A DNA stretch of 32,000 bases from Telmatocola sphagniphila (lineage in GTDB: Bacteria > Planctomycetota > Planctomycetia > Gemmatales > Gemmataceae), in NCBI RefSeq assembly GCF_018398935.1, contig NZ_CP074694.1, positions 4,920,001-4,952,000 on the forward strand, in the 5' to 3' direction. The translations under genes were made by a program, and so were the position numbers. The notes beneath the pieces were generated by a model. It did no database searches and was not told the DNA's origin. It saw only the letters and a list, made by a program, of their open reading frames with translations. Each line of letters starts with the position of its first letter. Within the stretch, counting starts at the first letter, position 1. Positions 16,599 to 25,871 of this stretch are shown here, in pieces.

Positions 16599-17900
16599 AT
16601 GTCTGATCTACGCGTCGCTCTTTTGGGTTGTGGAACGGTTGGCGGGGGGGTTGCCCGGATATTGCTCGAGCAACCCGAACGTGTCGCTACCCGCTCGGGA
16701 CGGAAAATTGAACTTAAGAAGATTGCCGTGCGCGATATTTCCAAGCCGCGGCCCGACTGCATTCCAGCTTCCCTGATCACCCGAAACGTCGCCGAGATCT
16801 TTGCCGATCCGACGATCGATGTTGTCGTCGAACTCATGGGCGGCACCGATATCGCCCGGGAATACGTTCTGCAGGCGTTGATGGCCGGCAAGCATGTCGT
16901 CACCGCCAATAAAGCTCTACTGGCCGAGCACGGCGTCGAACTGTTCGAGACGGCCCGCAAACATGACCGGGTCATTGCTTTCGAAGCCAGCGTTGCGGGT
17001 GGCATCCCGATTGTCGCCGCCATCGCCCAAAGCCTCACCGCCAATCAGATCACGGCCATTCAAGGCATATTGAACGGAACCAGCAACTTCATCCTCACGG
17101 CCATGTCCGAAAAAGGGATGAGCTACAGCGCCGCCTTGAAAGAGGCTCAGCGACTGGGTTACGCCGAGGCCGATCCGACGCTCGATGTCGATGGCTCGGA
17201 TGCAGCCGCGAAACTCTGCGTGCTGGCTCAACTGGCTTTCGGCCTGAATGTGACCGTGAAATCGATCGAACGATTCGGCATTTCTGAAATGAATTCAATC
17301 GATTTGAAATATGCTCAGGAGCTGGGTTACACGGTGAAACTTCTGGCCGAAGCCTGGCTCGATGGCAAGGATGTCGCCATGCACGTCGCTCCAGTGCTCT
17401 TGCGAAATACCGACATGCTGGCCCAGGTCCGGGGAGCGCATAACGCCATCCAGATCATGGGTGATGTGGTCGGCGAAACACTGTACCAAGGTGCGGGCGC
17501 GGGCGAGATGCCGACCGCCAGCGCGGTCGTGGCTGATATTATCGACCTCGCAGTGGGTCGGGCCCAGGCGACGTTCCAGGCGGCCAAGCTCTGGCAACCT
17601 TCGGGCAAAGGCTTCCGACTCCGACCTTCCACCCGGGTCCGCTCACGATTCTATCTGCGCGTTTTAGTGGCCGATAAACCGGGGATGCTGGCCGAGGTGG
17701 CCCGCAGTCTGGCCGATGTCGGGATCAGCATTTCCTCCGTGATCCAACACGAAGCCGTGGAAGAGCATCAAGGGGATGTGGTCCCGCTGGTGATCATCAC
17801 CCATTATGCCGAAACGGGCAAATTCCGCACGGCCCTGGAACATATCAACAGGCTGCCCGGGATTGCGGCCCCAGGCGTGCACTTCTCGATGGACGACTAA
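16599..17900 (+). CDS. hom: Homoserine dehydrogenase with C-terminal ACT domain
   Basis: LRVALLGCGTVGGGV NAD-binding motif, VVTANKALLA, ASVAGGIPI, GILNGTSNFILT, LGYAEADPT.DV.G.DAA.K, and an ACT-like tail (FYLRVLVADKPGMLAEVARSLAD.GISI.SV.Q). I set the start at the ATG at 16599; the track used the GTG at 16587. Confidence 0.92.
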   Translation: MSDLRVALLGCGTVGGGVARILLEQPERVATRSGRKIELKKIAVRDISKPRPDCIPASLITRNVAEIFADPTIDVVVELMGGTDIAREYVLQALMAGKHVVTANKALLAEHGVELFETARKHDRVIAFEASVAGGIPIVAAIAQSLTANQITAIQGILNGTSNFILTAMSEKGMSYSAALKEAQRLGYAEADPTLDVDGSDAAAKLCVLAQLAFGLNVTVKSIERFGISEMNSIDLKYAQELGYTVKLLAEAWLDGKDVAMHVAPVLLRNTDMLAQVRGAHNAIQIMGDVVGETLYQGAGAGEMPTASAVVADIIDLAVGRAQATFQAAKLWQPSGKGFRLRPSTRVRSRFYLRVLVADKPGMLAEVARSLADVGISISSVIQHEAVEEHQGDVVPLVIITHYAETGKFRTALEHINRLPGIAAPGVHFSMDD

Positions 17901-18748
17901 TTTTTCTTCAAATAGTCCCGCAGCGGTAGTAACGTGCCGGGCAGATTGTTATCGTGCGGCACGATCACCAGTCCATAATCGCGGACGTAAATTTCGATCT
18001 CCGTCTGATCTTCGATCAACAAAAACAGGGCGCCGAGACTCACGGGAGCTTCGGACTTGGGAATCTTGAAGTGGATCTTGAGGGCGTCATCCCCCTGGTC
18101 ACTCTGAAGCTTGGTTTGAATCAGAATTTTCGTCCCGGCCTTCTTCTGGAGTTCCGCCAGCCCTAACGCCAACGGCATTTCGAAGCTTTCGTCAAAGGTG
18201 AGTTTGGCGGCAAAATCCTTGTCGAGTTGTGCGACCAGATCCTTGGGTAATTGTTCTCGAGGATGGGCGACCGGCACGCTTTGATGCCGTTTTTCAACGT
18301 AATAGGGTGAGGCCGGTGCGTCGGCCGGCATCAAAGGAGCCACGCCCAAAATCTGGGTCAATTCCGCATTTTTGACCGTTTCTATCGCCACCGCTTTATT
18401 GCGGCTTTCCTCGGCAGCTTTCTTTTCGGCTGCCGGAAGGGCCGCGTTCTGAAGCTTCTCGTCGGCCTGACCGATCGTTTCCCGGGCTTTATCCCGTTCC
18501 TGCCGCACGGCCTGCAACTTGGAGGCCACGGCCAGTTTCACCCGCTTCAATTCGTTCTGAGCTTCGCGCATTTTGTTCTCGGCCAGTCGCAATTCGGCAT
18601 TGAATTGCAGCGCGGCGGCGAGTTGCTTGTCCGGATCGGCATCCAGAAGCCGGTTAACGTCGAATTTCTTGGGGGTTTCGGCGACCGGAGCTTGCGAAAA
18701 GGCCCAGCTCGATGTGAAAAAAATAAGTAGAAGAAATGTCCACTTCAT
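17897..18748 (-). CDS. Secreted coiled-coil protein, unknown function
   Basis: I trimmed the track ORF (to 18964) to the ATG at 18748. That ATG is preceded by GGAGG 6 nt upstream and opens a clean signal peptide (MKWTFLLLIFFTSSWAFSQAP). The middle is coiled-coil (AELRLAENKMREAQNELKRVKLAVASKLQAV). The C-terminal ~90 aa resemble the small secretin/STN-like alpha-beta modules common in Planctomycetes; this last point is weak. Confidence 0.7.
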   Translation of the reverse strand: MKWTFLLLIFFTSSWAFSQAPVAETPKKFDVNRLLDADPDKQLAAALQFNAELRLAENKMREAQNELKRVKLAVASKLQAVRQERDKARETIGQADEKLQNAALPAAEKKAAEESRNKAVAIETVKNAELTQILGVAPLMPADAPASPYYVEKRHQSVPVAHPREQLPKDLVAQLDKDFAAKLTFDESFEMPLALGLAELQKKAGTKILIQTKLQSDQGDDALKIHFKIPKSEAPVSLGALFLLIEDQTEIEIYVRDYGLVIVPHDNNLPGTLLPLRDYLKKN

Positions 18749-18912
18749 AGGTACCTCCAAAGGAAGTCGGTGCGGAATCGAATTACCTTCAGCAATTTGC
18801 CAATTGGTAGAATCCGTTTTACAGAAAGCTAATAAAAAATAAGCGCACGCCCCGGAGCACACCCAGGCCGAGAAGAAGCGGCTCTCCGGAGTTTTTGCCT
18901 TTCCTGAAATGA

Positions 18913-21900
18913 TTGTTAGACATTGGCGATCTTCAGATCCGGAAATGGTTGGAAGTGGAAGCAAATATCGAATTCGAAGCGGCGCGGGAAGCGCTGGATA
19001 AAGAACTGTCCCGAGTAGCGCCCGTCGCCCGACAGGTTCCCCTGTTTTGGTTACGGCGGATCATCCGTCGCCACCGTCAGATGCCAGCCTCCGCCGGACC
19101 GGCTCCCCACGAAAACGATTACTACATCAGTCGGGACGATCTGGAAAGCGTGGTCGATCCGCAGGAAATCGGCTTGCAGCAACCGCTGCCCGATCACATT
19201 CTTCTGCTGCCGGAATTGGACGAAGACGAGCTGCGCAACCGGCCCTACGACTGGCACCATCGCATCGAAGCGGCCCTGTTCCACTACATGCTCGACCTTC
19301 GCTTCGAGGAACGATTTCCCGATTTTGAATCGACCCGGGTGCTCTGGTCCATTATCGGCCGGTCGCAGCGCGAGGAAATCCGCCTGGTTCTTAACGAGCA
19401 GGGTCGGATCTTTCCCGAGGACGACTACTACACCCAGGTGGAAGAAACCGTCGGCCTGTTTCTCGAACTGTGGTACTTCGATCGCGAGCGGATGGACGAT
19501 TTCTTTCCCGGAATGTCGAACATCGCCGAGCTGGCAAAAATTTTCGAAGAAAAACTCGATTCAGCGCCGCTCGCCGAGGCCTGCCGCTTGCGCCTGAACG
19601 AACCGAAGAAAAAGCCGGGCGCTCCAGAAATTCAAAGGCCCAATTTCACCCACTCCGAACGCTCGAAACTGCAACTGCAAGCCGCCAAATCGGCCACTCA
19701 GGGCAATCTCGTTCGGGCCATGCTCATTCAGGAAAAGCTCGGGGAAACAGCCGAAGCGAACGCGATCCAGCAACAGTTTCTCACTCGTTTGAATAAAGCG
19801 CTGCCGCACGAAAAGGAAATCGACCTCACTTCCATCTGTACCAGCCTCCGCCAACAGGGCATCTCCTCGGAAGTTCCACTCGAGGCCAGGCTGCTTTTCG
19901 ATTTGCAGAACGTCTGCATCGACGTGGAACAGCCGATCTTTGCCGTGGATGTAATGGAGTCGGTTCTGACGCTGGGGCGCAAGCCGATCAAGCGCGAACT
20001 AGCTGATACGCGGGAAATCCGGCTAATCCGGCACCTCCGTTCCGCCTTGAAACACTCCGAGGAGATTTCCGATTTCGATTCTTCCCTGATCCCGCTGTCG
20101 CAATTTTTAAGCGAGATCATCCACGACCTGGAACATGCGGTACGGGAGAAAATCCGGCCGATTCTGCACAGTTCGCTCGAAGAAGTCGGTCTGGTGGCCA
20201 CCAATCTGCCGGAAAAAATTTCGCGCGACAAGTTGGTGGAAGAGATGCTTGACGCCATCGTCGAGCGGGGATTTTTGCGAATGGGCGATGTGCGCGACGC
20301 CATCGCTCGAAACCAGCTGAAACTCCAGGATGTCTCCGGTTTCAAAGAGTTCCTGCGCGGCGATGCCTTACTGCGGCTCAATTGGCTGCTGCCCTACAAG
20401 CTGGATGGGATTTACCAGCGTGGCGAAATCTACTTGCGCATCTTTCAACGCGCTAGTTCGGTTTTCTTCGGCACCATCAAGGGTCGCATCGTCACCAAGT
20501 ATCTGATAATGCCCTTTGGCGGCGCGTTTTTGTTCCTCGAAGGCATCCACCATTTCTGGGACGCCATCGACGGTTTTGCCCGCTTCTTTGTGAACAACCC
20601 CCGTCCCGAACATGTGGTGGATGGGGCCATGAAATCGGTCACCCAGCTGCTGCCGTTGCGCAAAGCTCTGGGAAGTGTCGGCCGGTATACCCCCGAAGAG
20701 CCTACCTGGGCCACGCTGCCCGCGGTGGTCATGCTGGGGATATTTCTGCTCGGCATGTTCTACATCCCGAACTTCCGCCGGGCGGTGTTTCAAGGAATCA
20801 CCAATCTGCTCTACCGCTGGCCGCGGGCTATTTTCGAAGCGCCGATCGTTCAGCGCGTCCTCCACAATCCGATTACCCGCTGGATCCGAAAATATCTGCT
20901 GGTTCCAACGGTTTCCGGCCTGTTTGCGGCGGTGCTGGCGCGCCTGTTGGGGGAAGAAGCCTGGTCCTGCGCCGGGTTGGGCTGCATGGTCGCCTTCATG
21001 ACCAGTATTTTCTTCCGCACGCGGACCGGCCGGGAGCTTGAGGAGCAGATCGACGAATTCATCGGGTACTTCTGGCATCGCTTCACGTTGGGCACCATCA
21101 TCGGAATTTTTGAAGCGATTTTCTACTTCTTCAAAAACGTTCTCGAACATATCGAACGGGGCATATACCTGGTCGATGAAACTCTTCGCTTCCGCGAAGG
21201 GCAAAGCCGGGTCGTCTATTACCTCAAAATGGTGGCCGGGATTTTCTGGTTCTTTCTGACCTACGTATTTCGATTCTGCTGGAACCTGCTGATCGAACCG
21301 CAAATCAATCCGATCAAGCACTTCCCGGTCGTCACCGTGTCGCACAAACTGCTGTTGCCGTTGATTCCGAACATCGCCGATTCCTTCGGCGTTTCGATAC
21401 AGACGACGACGACTGTAATCTTCGGCGTGCCGGGGATCTTCGGCTTCCTCGCCTGGGAGCTCAAGGAAAACTGGAAACTCTATCGCAGCAACGCCTCGCC
21501 GACGCTCGATCCGGTGGTCATTGGCTCGCACGGCGAAAAAATGCGACGACTCCTTCGCCCGGGGTTTCATTCGGGCACGATTCCCAAGATGTTCGCCAAA
21601 CTGCGGAACAGTCCCACCACCGGACGCATTCGAAAATTCCACAAACAGCTGCACCATATCGAAGAATCTTTGCACCATCTGATGGATCGGCTGATTCTGC
21701 CCTATCTCAAGGCCAGTCAGCGATGGGGCGAAGCGGGTAAACCGGTCCCGGAAGCGATCATCTGGATCGCCACCAACCGCATCGGCTTCGGCTTGTATCT
21801 CCCGGAAGTTGCCCCCGGCGATCCTCTGGAGTTGATGATCGAGGATCGCGAAGGATGTCTGGTGGCCTCCGTGATTCAACCCGGCTGGTTGCTGAAAATT

Positions 21901-22203
21901 CCCGAGAATGCCCAATCGGCCTTTTTCGACGTACTCAGCGCTGCCATGAAATTCGAGGGCGTGGCCGCTTTCAAGCCACACACCGCCTGGCAGGTGGGTT
22001 GCCGGGCCGAGCAGATCGAGATTACTTCAGACGGCCTGGTGATTCAGCAGAAAGATGGATCGACCACACCGATCACTCTGCCGCAAGCCTACATCGAAAA
22101 TTGTCCTTTGAGCTGGGCGGACTGGGTGCGCCAGTGGGAAAGGGATCAGCGGGGGGACACTCCGATTCCCCCACTTCTAATCCGACGGGAAATGTTCAAT
22201 TAG
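18913..22203 (+). CDS. Large multi-pass membrane protein (1096 aa), unknown function
   Basis: Uninterrupted 3.3-kb ORF. It has a ~520-aa helical soluble N-terminal part, about 7 hydrophobic segments between ~nt 20488 and 21465 (for example YLIMPFGGAFLFLEGIHHFW, LPAVVMLGIFLLGMFYI, MVAGIFWFFLTYVF, VIFGVPGIFGFLAW), and a ~240-aa soluble C-terminal part. The track start is a TTG; the true start is uncertain. Confidence 0.8.
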   Translation: MLDIGDLQIRKWLEVEANIEFEAAREALDKELSRVAPVARQVPLFWLRRIIRRHRQMPASAGPAPHENDYYISRDDLESVVDPQEIGLQQPLPDHILLLPELDEDELRNRPYDWHHRIEAALFHYMLDLRFEERFPDFESTRVLWSIIGRSQREEIRLVLNEQGRIFPEDDYYTQVEETVGLFLELWYFDRERMDDFFPGMSNIAELAKIFEEKLDSAPLAEACRLRLNEPKKKPGAPEIQRPNFTHSERSKLQLQAAKSATQGNLVRAMLIQEKLGETAEANAIQQQFLTRLNKALPHEKEIDLTSICTSLRQQGISSEVPLEARLLFDLQNVCIDVEQPIFAVDVMESVLTLGRKPIKRELADTREIRLIRHLRSALKHSEEISDFDSSLIPLSQFLSEIIHDLEHAVREKIRPILHSSLEEVGLVATNLPEKISRDKLVEEMLDAIVERGFLRMGDVRDAIARNQLKLQDVSGFKEFLRGDALLRLNWLLPYKLDGIYQRGEIYLRIFQRASSVFFGTIKGRIVTKYLIMPFGGAFLFLEGIHHFWDAIDGFARFFVNNPRPEHVVDGAMKSVTQLLPLRKALGSVGRYTPEEPTWATLPAVVMLGIFLLGMFYIPNFRRAVFQGITNLLYRWPRAIFEAPIVQRVLHNPITRWIRKYLLVPTVSGLFAAVLARLLGEEAWSCAGLGCMVAFMTSIFFRTRTGRELEEQIDEFIGYFWHRFTLGTIIGIFEAIFYFFKNVLEHIERGIYLVDETLRFREGQSRVVYYLKMVAGIFWFFLTYVFRFCWNLLIEPQINPIKHFPVVTVSHKLLLPLIPNIADSFGVSIQTTTTVIFGVPGIFGFLAWELKENWKLYRSNASPTLDPVVIGSHGEKMRRLLRPGFHSGTIPKMFAKLRNSPTTGRIRKFHKQLHHIEESLHHLMDRLILPYLKASQRWGEAGKPVPEAIIWIATNRIGFGLYLPEVAPGDPLELMIEDREGCLVASVIQPGWLLKIPENAQSAFFDVLSAAMKFEGVAAFKPHTAWQVGCRAEQIEITSDGLVIQQKDGSTTPITLPQAYIENCPLSWADWVRQWERDQRGDTPIPPLLIRREMFN

Positions 22204-22221
22204 TTTGCTAAAATAATTTGT

Positions 22222-23838
22222 ATGATTCGAACCCTTCGCACGATCGATCGCACTGAACGCGAAAACTACTCGGAAACGCTGCGCTTCCAGCAGCAGCTTC
22301 TGCAAGCGAAACAGCAGGATCCTTCTCGTCCGGACTACTTGGTCTTTGTCGAGCACGAGCCGATTTATACCACCGGCCGGGGTAAGGAATTGCCGCCGTT
22401 GGTTCCGGAAATTCCGCGGATCGAAGCCAAGCGCGGCGGGCAATCGACCTATCACGGGCCGGGCCAGTTGGTCGGCTACACCCTCCTGGATCTCAACCAG
22501 TCCGGCCGCGATCTGCACAAGTGTCTTCGCCGCATCGAAACCGCGATCATCGACACGCTGGTCGAAATCGGCCTGCCGGCCCGCAGTGTGGAAGGGGCCA
22601 CCGGTGCCTGGATTGGAGAAGAGAATCCTCGCAAAATCGCCTCCATCGGCATCGGCGTCGATGCCTGGATTACTTACCACGGGTGGGCGCTCAACTACGA
22701 TCTCGATCTGGCACCGCTTCGGGCCATCAACCCCTGCGGCCTGGATGCCAGCGTTTACACCACACTGAAACTGGAGTGCGAACGTTACGGACGGGAACTT
22801 CCCAGCCTGACGGCCCTCAAGCGCGATTTGAGCCGCAATCTCGCTCATCAGTTCGACCTGGAACTGGAAGCCAATGGCGAAATTCGGCTGACTGATGATC
22901 CGCGCAAACTGCCGGCCTGGCTGCGCGTGCAAACGCCCGGGACGCCCTCTTACAATCGCACCAAGGATCTGCTGCAAAAGCTCAAGCTGGTAACGGTCTG
23001 CGAAGAAGCACGCTGCCCCAACCACGGCGAATGCTGGAGCCATCGCACGGCGACCTTCATGGTCATGGGTGAACTCTGTACCCGCCGTTGTTCATTCTGC
23101 TCCGTGATGGACGGCACCAAGGAAAATCTTCAGCCGCTAGATACTACCGAGCCCGATCGGGTCGGCCAGGCGGTGAAAACCCTCGGTTTGCATCACATCG
23201 TCATCACCTCGGTGAATCGGGACGATCTTCCCGATATGGGAGCCGCACACTTCGATGCGACCGTTCGCGCGGTGAAGCGCTATCAACCGGAATGCCGAAT
23301 TGAACTCTTGATTCCCGATCAGCGCGGGCAACGGCCACTGGTGGAAAGCATTCTGCGCAGCGGGCAGGTGAGCGTACTGAATCACAATCTGGAAACCGTC
23401 CCCCGGCTCTATCCGACGGTTCGGCCCGGGGCCAAGATGGATCGCTCGCTGAACGTTCTGAAGTGGGCCAAGGATTTGCATCCGAAGATTCTCACCAAGT
23501 CGGGACTGATGCTCGGCCTGGGTGAGACCCGACACGAAGTTTACGAAGTGATGGATGCTTTACGCAGTGTCGGTTGCGACATTTTAACGCTCGGCCAGTA
23601 TCTGCGACCGACTGAGAAGCAACTGCCGATCGCTCGCTTTGTCACACCCGAGGAATTTGACGAATATAAACAGGCCGGGCTGGAGCGCGGCTTCCGGCAC
23701 GTCGAATCGGGGCCCCTGGTGCGCAGTTCGTATCACGCCTGGCAACACGTCGAAGGGGAAACGCCACCGCCCTATGAAGAACCGGCCTTCATCGAAGAGC
23801 CGTTGGAATTGCTCAACATCGGATTGCTGCGGCGCTGA
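22222..23838 (+). CDS. lipB-lipA: Bifunctional fusion: octanoyltransferase (LipB) and lipoyl synthase (LipA)
   Basis: Single 538-aa ORF. The N-terminal ~215 aa are LipB (VEHEPIYTTGRG, RGGQSTYHGPGQLVGY, catalytic Lys in RKIASIGIGV, catalytic Cys in INPCGL). The C-terminal ~320 aa are LipA (auxiliary-cluster CEEARCPNHGEC, radical-SAM CTRRCSFC, NHNLETV, GLMLGLGET, RSSYHA). Confidence 0.9.
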   Translation: MIRTLRTIDRTERENYSETLRFQQQLLQAKQQDPSRPDYLVFVEHEPIYTTGRGKELPPLVPEIPRIEAKRGGQSTYHGPGQLVGYTLLDLNQSGRDLHKCLRRIETAIIDTLVEIGLPARSVEGATGAWIGEENPRKIASIGIGVDAWITYHGWALNYDLDLAPLRAINPCGLDASVYTTLKLECERYGRELPSLTALKRDLSRNLAHQFDLELEANGEIRLTDDPRKLPAWLRVQTPGTPSYNRTKDLLQKLKLVTVCEEARCPNHGECWSHRTATFMVMGELCTRRCSFCSVMDGTKENLQPLDTTEPDRVGQAVKTLGLHHIVITSVNRDDLPDMGAAHFDATVRAVKRYQPECRIELLIPDQRGQRPLVESILRSGQVSVLNHNLETVPRLYPTVRPGAKMDRSLNVLKWAKDLHPKILTKSGLMLGLGETRHEVYEVMDALRSVGCDILTLGQYLRPTEKQLPIARFVTPEEFDEYKQAGLERGFRHVESGPLVRSSYHAWQHVEGETPPPYEEPAFIEEPLELLNIGLLRR

Positions 23839-23850
23839 GCGGTCGTTCCG

Positions 23851-24354
23851 TTAAGCGTTCGGCGCATCCACTCGGGTCGGTTTTGACCAAAAAATGTAAT
23901 CGGTATCGGTCGCCTGACCGCCCAGCTCGGCCACTGTTTGGGCGATTTGGCCGCGATGATACCAGGCGTGGCCGAAGGTTTGCGTGAGAACGCCTTCGAC
24001 ATTCCATCTCATCTGCGCGCCGGTTGGAAACTTCCATTCGAATTCCCGTTCCAGTTCTCGATCGTCGAGTTTTTGCAGGTAGTTGACCCAGGCCTCTTCC
24101 GTGGCATTTATTAATTGCGGAAGATCTTCCAAAGAAGTACTCGGAAACACTTCCGGAGGCACGGCCCAGTGACCGAGGCGATGCAGCCAGCGCTGTCGGG
24201 CGGCCACCAGATGCGCCATGCGGCCGACGGCGCGATGAAATTGCGGAGTCGGCCGCTTATCTTCGGGCACCGAATTCAGCATAACGAGCGTCTTGGCGTT
24301 GCAATCGCGTTCGTAGTCGTACCATTTGCGAAATCGATCTGGCATGGAAGTCAT
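23851..24354 (-). CDS. DinB-family (DinB_2-like four-helix bundle) protein
   Basis: 167 aa. Conserved His positions lie in a DinB-like pattern (MAHLVAARQRWLHRL ... FGHAWYHRGQI), with typical size. Confidence 0.75.
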   Translation of the reverse strand: MTSMPDRFRKWYDYERDCNAKTLVMLNSVPEDKRPTPQFHRAVGRMAHLVAARQRWLHRLGHWAVPPEVFPSTSLEDLPQLINATEEAWVNYLQKLDDRELEREFEWKFPTGAQMRWNVEGVLTQTFGHAWYHRGQIAQTVAELGGQATDTDYIFWSKPTRVDAPNA

Positions 24355-24389
24355 GGCGGTTCTCTTGAGAAGGAAGTCTGCGATCCATT

Positions 24390-25838
24390 TTAGGGTTTCT
24401 GGGGCTTTTCTTCCGTCAGGGACTTCCGCTTCTCGGGATTAAACAACCGGAAGCCGATGTCGAGTTTCGTCTTCAGGACTTCCGGGAGGCCACCATCATC
24501 GACGCCGTTCGCGCCGACACTATAAATCGTCAGACCTTCCTCCGTCTTTCGCATTCGCAATGGCTTATCCGACCACGGATCCTCAGGCACTTCCTGCAAA
24601 TACTCCGGAACCAACTCCTCCCAATTCTCCGGCCAACGATTCTTCGACTGCCGATAACGCTCCGCCGCCAACGCCGTTATCGCACAACGCAAATTCGCCT
24701 TCCAATTCAAATCGTGCCTTAGCATGGCGCAATGAGGAGGCATCCAATCATGACTTAACCACTTCGAAGCGGGAATATCCGGAAAAAAATCCACATCGAA
24801 CATTCCATGTCTTGTACGAATCTTCTCCATTTGCTTTTCCATTTCCGTCAAGCTCGCTCGCACCTGCGGACTGTTACTTTTAACTTGCTCGATCAGCTTC
24901 GTCATCTCCTCCAGCATGCTCGCCCGATCCGCCGGCGCATATATCGGATAACGCAACTGCATCAAATACTTCCTCAGTTCCTGCTTGCTCAAATTCCCCG
25001 GCCACTGTCCCACTTGACCGCATTCCTCACTCTTCTGCTGCATTTGCTTGAATTTCTCGGCCCTTTCAAAACGCAGACAATCGACAAGGGGATTCTGTTC
25101 GAGTATTCGCTCCATCTCTATTTGCAATTTTGCCACAACCTCACTCGATGGTAAGCTACAGGAGAGTACCTCTTCGAGGGCTACCACGCTTCGAAGTTCC
25201 CATACCCGAGTAACAAAAAGATTCGTCGAGAGGCCTTCTGTTGAGAGAAACTGAGGCCCTATTAAGAAGGCTCGGAGATCTTCGATTGACAAGTCGGGGG
25301 CATTCAAAAGCGTCTGCCTGCGAGCATCCCAAATAAGCCTAGAAGGTTCCAGAGAGAGAAATGTACCATCGGAAGACTGAAAACCTTTTCCGTACGACCT
25401 TATGTTATATCCCCATAGTATTGGCGTTTTGCGTTGGGGAGAATTGACGAGTTTACGCAGCTGAATCAATTCTTCTTCAATCTCTTTTTCAGATTCTAAT
25501 TTAAACTCCTCAATCTTAACTCGATAAGGTAGCGCCGACGAACTCGCGACGGCATAGTGACCCAAATCTTCCGAGGTGACACTAAAGTTGTAGAAGATCG
25601 ACTCGATTTTTTTCGAACCATTTTTTACATCGGGTACTTCTGGAAAGTTGGCAACTATTTGTTCCAAGGTCCAATCGGGATCGACCTGCTTCAATTCCGC
25701 CAGCATCCGATCTTCATAAGCACGCGACTGGCAGTACATGAAATAGCCGTAGCCGAATAAACTCCCTGCCGAGAGTAGAATCAACAGCAGAACATAAAAG
25801 CCGCGACGCAGCCAGCGATTGCGTGGAAGTATTCGCAT
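24390..25838 (-). CDS. Membrane-anchored protein with a GspG (type II secretion pseudopilin)-like C-terminal domain, paralog 1 of 3
   Basis: 482 aa. The N-terminus is MRILPRNRWLRR plus a TM (GFYVLLLILLSAGSLFGYGYF). The middle is helical. The C-terminus (AAERYRQSKNRWPENWEELVPEYLQEVPEDPWSDKPLRMRKTEEGLTIYSVGANGVDDGG) follows the GspG-type pattern (YP..l.eLvp.YL..vP.DPW...y.y.....g..i.S.G.DG.dgg). There is no prepilin G-F-T-L-x-E cleavage motif. Confidence 0.85.
   Translation of the reverse strand: MRILPRNRWLRRGFYVLLLILLSAGSLFGYGYFMYCQSRAYEDRMLAELKQVDPDWTLEQIVANFPEVPDVKNGSKKIESIFYNFSVTSEDLGHYAVASSSALPYRVKIEEFKLESEKEIEEELIQLRKLVNSPQRKTPILWGYNIRSYGKGFQSSDGTFLSLEPSRLIWDARRQTLLNAPDLSIEDLRAFLIGPQFLSTEGLSTNLFVTRVWELRSVVALEEVLSCSLPSSEVVAKLQIEMERILEQNPLVDCLRFERAEKFKQMQQKSEECGQVGQWPGNLSKQELRKYLMQLRYPIYAPADRASMLEEMTKLIEQVKSNSPQVRASLTEMEKQMEKIRTRHGMFDVDFFPDIPASKWLSHDWMPPHCAMLRHDLNWKANLRCAITALAAERYRQSKNRWPENWEELVPEYLQEVPEDPWSDKPLRMRKTEEGLTIYSVGANGVDDGGLPEVLKTKLDIGFRLFNPEKRKSLTEEKPQKP
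24435..24670. repeat. Near-identical 236-bp tract shared by the 3' ends of paralogs 1 and 2 (copy A)
   Basis: Hand alignment with 25896-26131 (offset 1461) gave 2 mismatches, at 24457 and 24651. Identity falls to about 65% immediately beyond 24670. Confidence 0.9.
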
Positions 25839-25871
25839 GCTTGGATTCCTTAGATGATTGATTTGCTTGTT

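Noticed and set aside
20368-21981. 537-aa minus-strand ORF
   Set aside because: It lies wholly inside the 1096-aa + strand ORF. Its composition is dominated by R/G/P/E/D/H with no hydrophobic segments, while the + strand frame gives coherent TM helices. I judged it an antisense shadow.
22177-23043. 288-aa minus-strand ORF
   Set aside because: It is antisense to the LipB part of the lipB-lipA fusion, which carries the catalytic motifs.
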